From Parcubacteria bacterium C7867-007 (GTDB lineage Bacteria > Patescibacteriota > Minisyncoccia > Phycocordibacterales > Phycocordibacteraceae): a DNA stretch of 64,000 nucleotides. Of this stretch, positions 18,639 to 26,890 are shown piece after piece. Within the stretch, counting starts at the first letter, position 1. Each line of letters begins with the position of its first letter. The position numbers and the translations under genes are program-made. Below the pieces are notes generated by a model. That model saw only the letters and a program-made list of their open reading frames with translations. It was not told where the DNA came from and did no database searches. Where the stretch lies: NCBI GenBank assembly GCA_001189195.1, contig LFCQ01000006.1:56841-120840 (forward strand), written 5' to 3'.

Positions 18639-19526
18639 ATGACCTATCAGGTGCTGCTTTTCTATAAGTACATAACCATTGAAGATCCAGCAGCTCTGGC
18701 GGATCATGTGCGTTCCCTTGCGCAGAAACATTCACTTCTTGGTCGTGCACTTATTGCAGAAGAAGGTATCAATGCCACTTTTGAGGGAGAGGTCTCAGCT
18801 ACCGAGGCATTCGCTGCAGAGTTTCTCACAGACCCACGTTTTGCAGACATGCAGATAAAGCGGAGCGAAGGGGATGGTGCTGCTTTCCCAAAGCTTGCGG
18901 TGAAGGTACGTGAGCAAATCGTAGGAACACGTTTTTCAAAGGAGAAAGCAGATCCTCGTGTACAGACTGCACCACGTATTCAGCCTGAAGAACTTAAACG
19001 GTGGTTTGAAGAAGCAGAGGACTTCACTATCATTGATATGCGCAACGACTACGAGTATCGTTCCGGTCATTTTAAGGGATCGATAAACCCTGAGCTTGAG
19101 AATTCACGTGATCTTCCCGATGCGATGCCAAAACTCATGCCACTTAAAGAAAAGAAAGTCCTCACCGTGTGTACCGGGGGAGTACGCTGTGAATCAATGA
19201 GCGCATACCTTATGAGTGAAGGCTTCACTGATGTGTATCAGCTTGAGAATGGGATGCATGGCTATATGGAGAAGTACCCTGGAGAGGATTTCCTAGGAAC
19301 GCTCTATACTTTTGATCGTCGCAAGGTGATGGACTTCGGTGGTGAGAGAGAAGTGATTGGTACTTGTCATCGTTGCCAGGGGAAAACAGAGAAGTATACA
19401 AACTGTGCAAATGATCTGTGTCACCTACATTTCCTGGTGTGTGACGATTGTTCCCGCGAGGACGGAACGTATTGTTCTGAGAGCTGTGAGAAGATGCTTT
19501 CATCAGCTGGAAAACTCGAGTCTTAG
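18639..19526 (+). CDS. trhO: rhodanese-domain tRNA U34 hydroxylase TrhO (YceA/UPF0176)
   Basis: MTYQVLLFYKY..., rhodanese active-site C in CTGGVRCE, C-terminal Cys cluster; TATAGT 9 nt upstream of ATG. Confidence 0.75.
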   Translation: MTYQVLLFYKYITIEDPAALADHVRSLAQKHSLLGRALIAEEGINATFEGEVSATEAFAAEFLTDPRFADMQIKRSEGDGAAFPKLAVKVREQIVGTRFSKEKADPRVQTAPRIQPEELKRWFEEAEDFTIIDMRNDYEYRSGHFKGSINPELENSRDLPDAMPKLMPLKEKKVLTVCTGGVRCESMSAYLMSEGFTDVYQLENGMHGYMEKYPGEDFLGTLYTFDRRKVMDFGGEREVIGTCHRCQGKTEKYTNCANDLCHLHFLVCDDCSREDGTYCSESCEKMLSSAGKLES

Positions 19527-19555
19527 CCCTTTAGCAAGTATGTTAGTCTGAAAAT

Positions 19556-20101
19556 ATGAAAAGGGTATTTATAGTACTCATAGCCTCTCTACTACTTTTA
19601 GTACTCGGTTTCTTTGTTATTAGCTCGTATATCTACAATAAGAAGCAGGATCCGAGTGAGTCTTCAGGGAACACCTCATTATCTGAGGGGTGCCCTTATG
19701 GAGATTACTACACTCTTACAAAAGGGAATGAAGAGTATAAAAACAGCAAGCGGGGCTACAGTCTTGTGTTGCCAAAGGATTATTATTTTCCTACAAATGA
19801 AGAGAACGAGAACGAATCAGACCCGCACTTCTACGATTGCGTAGCAGGAATTGGCTTTGAGTTACAAGACGGTACACGCTCATTTGAAGAGCTTAGCGCA
19901 AGGCAGGATACAGAAACAATAATCACTACCTCTGTATTTCCGGGAGCAACAATATCAGGTGGTAAATACACAGGAGATTATACGAAAGGATGGGATTATA
20001 TCTACACAGTTGTATATTCAAACGAAAAGAGAGGCTTTGTTTTTGCATCAAATCGTCCAATTAGTGAGTATGTCTTTTTAAGTACATTCAAGATTTTCTA
20101 A
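19556..20101 (+). CDS. hypothetical secreted/anchored protein; AT-rich
   Basis: N-terminal anchor LVLGFFVISSYIYNKKQ shared with the 37605 protein. Confidence 0.45.
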   Translation: MKRVFIVLIASLLLLVLGFFVISSYIYNKKQDPSESSGNTSLSEGCPYGDYYTLTKGNEEYKNSKRGYSLVLPKDYYFPTNEENENESDPHFYDCVAGIGFELQDGTRSFEELSARQDTETIITTSVFPGATISGGKYTGDYTKGWDYIYTVVYSNEKRGFVFASNRPISEYVFLSTFKIF

Positions 20102-20110
20102 ATTAATCTA

Positions 20111-20131
20111 GTTCCCACTTCGTACAAAACC
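20111..20131. repeat. degenerate linker repeat copy R7 (GTTCCCACTTCGTACAAAACC)
   Basis: matches the core of R2-R5. Confidence 0.45.
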
Positions 20132-20148
20132 TCAAGCTTAACTAACCT

Positions 20149-20925
20149 CTAATACAAAACAAGGAAGAAAAATACTCCCGCAAGCACGATACGATACACA
20201 CCAAACGGTATAAAGGTATATCGTTTAATAAAGCTGAGGAAGAGACGGAGTACTAACAGTGCGGTGATAAAGGCGGTGACCATTCCGATTGCAAGAACAC
20301 CAATGTCTGCATCCACAAATGATTCGTAATTCTTAAGCAGATCGTAACTAGTTGCAGCACCCATCGTTGGTACCGCAAGAAGGAAAGAGAACTCAACGAT
20401 CGCGGTACGACGAATACCCAGAAGCAAGCCACCCATAATAGTTGCTGCAGAACGTGATACCCCGGGGATCACTGCAATGGACTGGAAGAGTCCAACCAGG
20501 AATGCTTTCCTATACGGAATAGTTGCAAAGGAATCTGTTTCAGTTGGTTGCACAGGTTCCTTGTGCAAGAGTTCAAATATAATGAGCAGAATACCTCCAA
20601 CAAACAATGCGATAACCACGGTGAGTTCGCTCTTGAGGAGCACATCTTTAATGAGCGGGTAGAGTGTGAACCCAATAACTGCAGTGGGGAGGAAGGCAAC
20701 GAAGAGTCGTTTCAAGACCTCAATGTTTAGGAAGGATTTCCAATACGTAATAAGCACTGCAGCAATAGCGCCAAACTGAATGGCAATAATAAAACTAGTG
20801 AGGAAGGCAGAGTCTGGAATCGCTAGGAGATCACTGGCTAGAATAAGGTGCCCTGTTGAAGAAATGGGGAGGAACTCAGCAGCTCCCTCCAAAAGACCAA
20901 GGATTATAGCGTCTAAGGCAGTCAT
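20149..20925 (-). CDS. uppP: undecaprenyl-diphosphate phosphatase
   Basis: GLLEGAAEFLPISSTGHL motif; 258 aa polytopic. Confidence 0.85.
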   Translation of the reverse strand: MTALDAIILGLLEGAAEFLPISSTGHLILASDLLAIPDSAFLTSFIIAIQFGAIAAVLITYWKSFLNIEVLKRLFVAFLPTAVIGFTLYPLIKDVLLKSELTVVIALFVGGILLIIFELLHKEPVQPTETDSFATIPYRKAFLVGLFQSIAVIPGVSRSAATIMGGLLLGIRRTAIVEFSFLLAVPTMGAATSYDLLKNYESFVDADIGVLAIGMVTAFITALLVLRLFLSFIKRYTFIPFGVYRIVLAGVFFFLVLY

Positions 20926-20972
20926 GCACCCATTCTAATCTATCCTTCAGGATCTGTTGCTATACTTTACGT

Positions 20973-21368
20973 ATGAAAGGATATGTTGGAAATATAGAGC
21001 AATTGAGCCTAGAGAACGAACTCTTCAGAAAGGTACTGTATACCTCAAAGCACCTGCAGCTCGTACTTATGAGTATTCCAGTAGGGGAGGAGATTGGGTC
21101 AGAGACCCATGAGCTAGACCAGTTTATACGTATAGAGGAAGGAGAGGGGCAAGCAGTCCTTAATGGAGTTGAACATCCACTTGAGGATGGTAGTGCGGTG
21201 GTAATTCCTGCAGGTGTGCTGCACAACATCATCAACACCTCTTCTGACGCACCCCTTAAACTCTACTCACTATATGGTCCTCCCGAACATAAGGATGGAA
21301 TCATTCATGCAACCAAAGAAGAAGCTGAAGCACACGAAGAGCATTTTGATGGAGTCACCAGCGAGTAA
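20973..21368 (+). CDS. cupin domain protein
   Basis: cupin motifs G(X)5HXH-like, HELDQFIRIEEGEG...VVIPAGVLHNI; TATACT 6 nt upstream of ATG. Confidence 0.6.
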   Translation: MKGYVGNIEQLSLENELFRKVLYTSKHLQLVLMSIPVGEEIGSETHELDQFIRIEEGEGQAVLNGVEHPLEDGSAVVIPAGVLHNIINTSSDAPLKLYSLYGPPEHKDGIIHATKEEAEAHEEHFDGVTSE

Positions 21369-21612
21369 TTCATACTTTGTATACATACTGGAGTGCGCAG
21401 ATGGAACTCTCTATACCGGGAGTACGAATGATATAGAGCGAAGAATGAAAGCACACAATGGTGATGGACCAGGTGGCGCACGGTATACCCGTGGGAGACG
21501 ACCGGTGGTGCTTAGGTATCAAGAGGTATGTGACGGACGCGGCGTTGCACTTACTCGTGAGCATGAGCTGAAGCAATTGAGCCGTATACAGAAGCTTGCC
21601 TTGTGTAAATAA
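21349..21612 (+). CDS. GIY-YIG nuclease family protein (UPF0213-like)
   Basis: YFVYILECADGTLYTGSTNDIERRMKAHN GIY-YIG motif; overlaps cupin gene end. Confidence 0.7.
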   Translation: MESPASNSYFVYILECADGTLYTGSTNDIERRMKAHNGDGPGGARYTRGRRPVVLRYQEVCDGRGVALTREHELKQLSRIQKLALCK

Positions 21613-21637
21613 CTTCAGCATTTCTTTATCTTCTCCT

Positions 21638-21670
21638 TACGCTCCTCATATCACCCTGTGCGTATAGTAC
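21638..21670 (+). promoter_or_regulatory. conserved upstream motif TTACGCtCCtCATATCAC-N8-TATAGTA
   Basis: near-identical motif at 42242-42277; weaker copy at 2088-2113. Confidence 0.45.
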
Positions 21671-21697
21671 GTGGGTTCCTACTATATACTTTCACTT

Positions 21698-22432
21698 ATG
21701 GAACAAACCTACGTAATGACCAATCATGATCTACTCCTTGATGGTAGCGGGAAGCGCTATGAGCTTCGTGTACGTGACTTGCCGCAAGAAGAGAAACCAC
21801 GTGAGCGCCTTAGTGCGGAAGGTCCTGCTGCACTTTCCGTGCAAGAACTTCTTGCGATAGTGCTCACCACAGGAACGAAGAAAGAAGAAGTTCTTTCTAT
21901 GGCAACACGCATTGTTAATGAGTATGGAGATCGTAATGCTCTTATGGCAAGCGATGCCAAAGTACTTGCTGCGGATCTCGACATACCGCTAGTGAAAGCG
22001 ATGCAGATTGTTGCGGTAGGGGAACTCGGGCGCCGCTTCTTCCGAAAGCAGAAGAATGGAGCTGCAATAATCCGTACCGCTCGTGATGTATATGACTACA
22101 CCGTGGATATGCGTACCCTGCCAAAGGAACATCTGCGCGGCCTATACTTGGATGCACACTATCAGGTGATTCATGACGAGACACTATCTATTGGAACAAT
22201 CGATGCAAACCTGATTCACCCACGTGAAGTGTTTCGCCCAGCACTCGCACATGCGGCAGCTGCAGTAGTACTCGTTCACAATCATCCCTCAGGTGTTGTT
22301 ACGCCAAGCGAAGCAGATTGTATGGTCACTCAACAAATTGCTGCAGCAGGAAGAATTCTTGGAATTGAACTTGTGGACCACGTTGTTATTACGGAGGATA
22401 CCTTTACCAGCATATCTACTGAATTCTCATGA
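21698..22432 (+). CDS. radC: RadC-like JAB-domain protein (UPF0758)
   Basis: HNHPSGVVTPSEAD JAMM motif; TATATACT 7 nt upstream of ATG. Confidence 0.8.
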   Translation: MEQTYVMTNHDLLLDGSGKRYELRVRDLPQEEKPRERLSAEGPAALSVQELLAIVLTTGTKKEEVLSMATRIVNEYGDRNALMASDAKVLAADLDIPLVKAMQIVAVGELGRRFFRKQKNGAAIIRTARDVYDYTVDMRTLPKEHLRGLYLDAHYQVIHDETLSIGTIDANLIHPREVFRPALAHAAAAVVLVHNHPSGVVTPSEADCMVTQQIAAAGRILGIELVDHVVITEDTFTSISTEFS

Positions 22433-22722
22433 AGACTCTTCAAACACAGTCTCGTACCTATCACCGGGGTTTGTATTCTCAGGCATCCGTTACAGCACTG
22501 TATCCAAGTACCCACCTCTTCATTCATGATCGCGGAGTATGGGAAACCTTTGATCGCACAGATCTCACCAACTATCTATTTGATGGCGCAAGCAAAGCCG
22601 CAGCACAGATAGAACGCATTGCGTATCTGGACCAGCCATACACCAAGCAGGATGAGGAGAATCTTGCTTTCATGGTGGAAGCTCTGTTGTACGCTCGTGG
22701 TGTTGCAGACGAAGTCAAGTGA
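22429..22722 (+). CDS. hypothetical protein (97 aa)
   Basis: ORF overlapping radC stop. Confidence 0.35.
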   Translation: MKTLQTQSRTYHRGLYSQASVTALYPSTHLFIHDRGVWETFDRTDLTNYLFDGASKAAAQIERIAYLDQPYTKQDEENLAFMVEALLYARGVADEVK

Positions 22723-22735
22723 TTAGTGATGTGAT

Positions 22736-22766
22736 AAAAGAGACCTATCACTGATAGGTCTCTTTT
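22736..22766. terminator. bidirectional terminator AAAAGAGACCTATCACTGATAGGTCTCTTTT
   Basis: perfect hairpin flanked by A/T runs. Confidence 0.7.
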
Positions 22767-23433
22767 ATTCTTCCATCCGGTATCCACGTCCAGGAACGGT
22801 ATAGATAAGCTTCTTCCATTCTGGTCTTTCAATCTTCTTTCGAAGACTCAACATGTGTGACTCAATGGTGTTAGAGAATGGATCACTCGTCATGTCCCAC
22901 ACGTGCTCCATGATCATAGATCGTGAGAGTACGCTGCCCCGGTTACGCATCAGGTACTCAAGCAGCATGTATTCCTTCTTCGTAAGGTGAATCTGTATTT
23001 CACTGCGGCGTACCACTTGCTTCTTGGTGTCGAGCGAAAGGGTATCAACGGCAAGAAGATCTCCTTCCATTACGTGCGGCCTACGCAGAAGTGCACGTAT
23101 GCGTGCCATAACTTCTTCAAAGGAGAATGGTTTAATCATGTAGTCGTCTGCACCTGCGTTTAGGAGTTCAACCTTTCTCCAAGAATCAGAGAGTACTGAA
23201 AGTACGAGTATAGGGGTAGTTCGTCCGGTGCGGCGAATATCCTCGCAGACCGCGTACCCATTCTTCTCAGGAAGCATATTGTCTAGGATGATGATGTCGT
23301 ACGCATTAGTGCGTGCGAGGTACGAACCTTGTGTGCCATCGTCTGCAGTGTCAACGACAAATGCCCGAGCACGTAGGTTCTCCGCCAGAGCTTCACGAAT
23401 ATCTGGCTCGTCTTCAATCACCAGTGCGCGCAT
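22765..23433 (-). CDS. OmpR-family response regulator (orphan)
   Basis: receiver D-box IILDNMLPEKNG and winged-helix C-terminus. Confidence 0.8.
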   Translation of the reverse strand: MRALVIEDEPDIREALAENLRARAFVVDTADDGTQGSYLARTNAYDIIILDNMLPEKNGYAVCEDIRRTGRTTPILVLSVLSDSWRKVELLNAGADDYMIKPFSFEEVMARIRALLRRPHVMEGDLLAVDTLSLDTKKQVVRRSEIQIHLTKKEYMLLEYLMRNRGSVLSRSMIMEHVWDMTSDPFSNTIESHMLSLRKKIERPEWKKLIYTVPGRGYRMEE

Positions 23434-23581
23434 ATATGTTCATCGTACCAATGCAATTCTTGGAGGTGGCCTTATCGAATAGAAATCGGGGAAAACAAGA
23501 AGCCGGTATGCCTTCAAAAGAGGCATACCGGCTTCTTACGTTGATTTCCTTCACTCAAATATGAAGAAAATCTAGAGGCTT

Positions 23582-23929
23582 CTAGAAGTCTTTTCCGTTT
23601 AATTTGGTAGGGGAGAGGGAATCTATATCAACACTTTCAACACAACGGAGATTGATACCACACATTGCGGTTCCTTCTGGACCATTTCCGTACGCATATG
23701 GCTGCACACCACAAACACTGCAGAACTGATGGTGGATACTTTTCTTATTAAAGAGATATTCCGTGAGAGGTGCTTCTGGAGTCAGGAGAGTGAAGTTATC
23801 CTTTGGTACAAATACCAGTATCAATCCCTTCATCTGGCAGTGTGAACAATTACAAGAAACCGCCGTTGATAGGTCTGCTTCGGCCTCAAACTTAACCGCC
23901 CCGCAATGACATGCTCCGTTGTACTTCAT
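23582..23929 (-). CDS. GFA (CENP-V/glutathione-dependent formaldehyde-activating)-family protein
   Basis: CHCGAV...CNCSHC...CSVCG zinc-binding Cys pattern. Confidence 0.65.
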   Translation of the reverse strand: MKYNGACHCGAVKFEAEADLSTAVSCNCSHCQMKGLILVFVPKDNFTLLTPEAPLTEYLFNKKSIHHQFCSVCGVQPYAYGNGPEGTAMCGINLRCVESVDIDSLSPTKLNGKDF

Positions 23930-24009
23930 GAAGGCAGTGTACCACCTCAAAGATAAGAAAGTAGCCCCACTCTGGGGAGCGAGGCTACTGTGCTTGGACG
24001 ACCTTCGCA

Positions 24010-24762
24010 TTACGCGAAGGGTAAGAGTCCGTTCAATTCCATGATCGACTGACGGGCTTGTTCTGTGTGTACACCGGTGTCGCGTAGATGTTCCAAGTTG
24101 CGAACTCCCCAAGTTAGGGCAGCTCGGCTTTTCTGTGCCCGCGCACGCTTGGCAATGAACGTTACTGCCTCAGGGATCTCGACGGCTGTAACTACTGCCA
24201 ACCCGTCCACACAGGCAAGCTTCACCGCAGCAGACCTTCCATCCACTACATAGATGAAAGTATCCTCGGGTATTTCATACATCTGCTGCCGTTGAGGAGA
24301 GCCATTTTTCCCTGCTTGCCTGAACGGCTGTATCTCTCCGTCACCGCCTGGCCGAAGTGTCAAACCTTCTGCAAGAGGCTCTATTCCTTCGAATAGAAGA
24401 TTTTCACTGCGTATGTGAAGAATCAGACTCCTCACTTCATCTGATGCATGTACCAGTCGTTCGCCGTTACTCAAAGTGTCTTTAAGTCTTGCGCGCATAA
24501 CTCGTCCACCCAGCATGCCAGGATAACCATGAATATCGCGTCGATTTCCGAGGAGCACTCTGCAGTCAGGTGCCAGAACTACTGCCGGAGGACCTTCATT
24601 CATGACTGCGCCTATGCCGGATTCCATAGGGACTCCATTCGTAAAGCGGTACCCGGCAGCGATTGTGAGACAGTTAGCAAGGGGCATGTCTGCCTCCCAT
24701 TCAAGAGCGCTTCCACAATTAGGAATTGCATTAGTAATACGACAGGGGAGATAGGGAGTCAA
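24010..24762 (-). CDS. hypothetical protein (250 aa) divergent from lexA
   Basis: ORF; no confident family assignment. Confidence 0.4.
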   Translation of the reverse strand: MTPYLPCRITNAIPNCGSALEWEADMPLANCLTIAAGYRFTNGVPMESGIGAVMNEGPPAVVLAPDCRVLLGNRRDIHGYPGMLGGRVMRARLKDTLSNGERLVHASDEVRSLILHIRSENLLFEGIEPLAEGLTLRPGGDGEIQPFRQAGKNGSPQRQQMYEIPEDTFIYVVDGRSAAVKLACVDGLAVVTAVEIPEAVTFIAKRARAQKSRAALTWGVRNLEHLRDTGVHTEQARQSIMELNGLLPFA

Positions 24763-24795
24763 TTTCAGTCCTGTACACAGGCTACTGTTGACGTT

Positions 24796-24809
24796 CGAAC
24801 AATTGTTCG
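24796..24809. promoter_or_regulatory. LexA box (Cheo-type) CGAACAATTGTTCG inside a TTGACG-N18-TATACT promoter
   Basis: perfect match to CGAAC-N4-GTTCG consensus between -35 and -10 of lexA. Confidence 0.65.
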
Positions 24810-24823
24810 ACTATACTGTTTCT

Positions 24824-25390
24824 ATGGAAATGAGCCGACACAGGAAGGTATTGTCCTTCTATAAGAAACATAAGCGTATGCCCTCTATAACGGAGATTAT
24901 GGCTATATTTGGCCTCTCTTCACGCAGTAGCGGGTTCTATGTAACAAACCAGTTAGTGCGCGAAGGTATTGCAGAGAAGGATAGTACCGGAAAGCTCATT
25001 CCTGGCCCGGACCTATTTACGCTTCCGGTACTCGGTCACATTCGTGCCGGATTTGCTGCACCTGCAGAAGAAGAACTTGCAGACACTATTACCATCGGTG
25101 ATTACCTCCTAGGACGACCTGAAGCGAGCTACCTACTAAAAGTGGAAGGTGACTCCATGCAAGATGCCGGTATACAGGAAGGAGACATGGTGGTGTTTGA
25201 GCGCACCAATGATTACAAACCAGGGGACATTGTTGTTGCTCTCACAGAAGATGGATACACCCTCAAGTATCTGCGCAAGAAACCGAATGGATATTATCTG
25301 GAGGCAGCTAACGATAAGTATCCAGATATACATCCGCGAGAAGGTTCTATTATTGGTGTCGTCGTATCAACATTTCGTACCTATGGCTAA
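24824..25390 (+). CDS. lexA: LexA repressor
   Basis: S24 peptidase domain with catalytic GDSM...K, N-terminal winged HTH; TATACT 6 nt upstream of ATG. Confidence 0.85.
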   Translation: MEMSRHRKVLSFYKKHKRMPSITEIMAIFGLSSRSSGFYVTNQLVREGIAEKDSTGKLIPGPDLFTLPVLGHIRAGFAAPAEEELADTITIGDYLLGRPEASYLLKVEGDSMQDAGIQEGDMVVFERTNDYKPGDIVVALTEDGYTLKYLRKKPNGYYLEAANDKYPDIHPREGSIIGVVVSTFRTYG

Positions 25391-25572
25391 ACTCTCTACC
25401 TTCGATCCGTTCTTCAGCATGTATCTACGTACACCCGCGCGTCATACCACTACACGCCACACATCACAGTTTGCATCCTTCACAGAACGGGAACGGCGAT
25501 ACCTCTCTCCTAAACGTATGATCCCACTATCTCTGCGTTCTGAACGTGTGTCCGCACGTCAATCAGTGGTTC

Positions 25573-26886
25573 ATGAGTGATCTGCTTTCAACACGATCCT
25601 TTCCACGCGCAATCGTACACTTTGATGGTGACTCCTTCTTTGCATCAGTAGAGCAAATCATGAATCATGAGTTGCGTGGCAAGCCGGTAATCACCGGTGG
25701 AGAGCGTGGCGCTGCGACATCTCTTTCGTATGAAGCAAAGCGTATGGGTGCACATCGCGGTATGACAATGCGTGAAATTAAAAAGATATGTCCAGACGCA
25801 ATCATTGTTGCTTCGGACTATCTTTCATATTCCATATATGCACGACGCATGTATACGATCGTTCGTTCCTTCACACCCGATGTGGAGGAATACAGTATTG
25901 ATGAATGTTTTGCAGACATAACCGGACTCAGACAGAAATACCGTATGTCCTATGCACGCATCACACAAATGATTCAGGAGAAGCTCCATGCAGATCTTGG
26001 TATCACCTTTAGTGCAGGACTCGGTCCCAACAAGAGTCTTGCAAAGATTGCGTCAAAACATCGTAAACCAGCAGGCTTCACCTCTATTCCTGCAAAAGAA
26101 GCACATCTGTTTCTTAAAGATCTTCCCATAAGCAATATCTGGGGCATGGGAGGAAGTACCAGCTTGTATCTAGAGAAGTTGGGGGTACGCACTGCACTCG
26201 AGTTTGCACAAAAGGATGAGTACTGGCTTGCAACAAATAAGATTAGCAAGCCGTATCGTGATATATGGCTTGAGATGCGAGGCTCTTTTGTTAAGAAGCT
26301 GAACACTGAGACCGATGATTCAATTGGCTCAATCATGAAGACACAAACCTTCACACCCCCTTCGAGTGATCGTGCGTATGTACTCTCACAGCTTGCTCGA
26401 AACATAGAGGGTGCCTGTGCAAAAGCACGCAGGCATCAAGTAAGAGCACGGTCGGCATCATTCTACTTAAAGACACAAGATTTCACCTATGGTGGTCTTT
26501 CTATAGAGCTTTCAGTGCCGCTTGCAGATCCACGAGAATTCCAGAGACTCGTAGAAATAGAGTTCGATCGTGTATTTGAACCAGGAACACTCTATCGTGC
26601 CACGGGATTCACTCTTCGATCCATCACTGCAGAGTATGCAGCCACAAACGATCTGTTCGGAGACATAGAGCGCGCACAGACTAAGGAACGTATTCTAGAA
26701 ACAGTAGATGGGCTTAATCATAAATTCGGAAATGGTACCGTGCATTTCGCCTCCAGCTTCACTGCGCGTAAAGAGGGCGAGGAGCGTGCAAAAGAAAGGG
26801 CACGTAAAGCTCGTCCAAAGATTGGACTCTCTGTTGAGAAGAAACGAAAGTCTCTCAACATCCCATACCTAGGTATTGTTCGGTAG
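25573..26886 (+). CDS. dinB: Y-family DNA polymerase (DinB/Pol IV-like)
   Basis: HFDGDSFFASVE and SIDECFADIT catalytic motifs present. Confidence 0.8.
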   Translation: MSDLLSTRSFPRAIVHFDGDSFFASVEQIMNHELRGKPVITGGERGAATSLSYEAKRMGAHRGMTMREIKKICPDAIIVASDYLSYSIYARRMYTIVRSFTPDVEEYSIDECFADITGLRQKYRMSYARITQMIQEKLHADLGITFSAGLGPNKSLAKIASKHRKPAGFTSIPAKEAHLFLKDLPISNIWGMGGSTSLYLEKLGVRTALEFAQKDEYWLATNKISKPYRDIWLEMRGSFVKKLNTETDDSIGSIMKTQTFTPPSSDRAYVLSQLARNIEGACAKARRHQVRARSASFYLKTQDFTYGGLSIELSVPLADPREFQRLVEIEFDRVFEPGTLYRATGFTLRSITAEYAATNDLFGDIERAQTKERILETVDGLNHKFGNGTVHFASSFTARKEGEERAKERARKARPKIGLSVEKKRKSLNIPYLGIVR

Positions 26887-26890
26887 TGCG

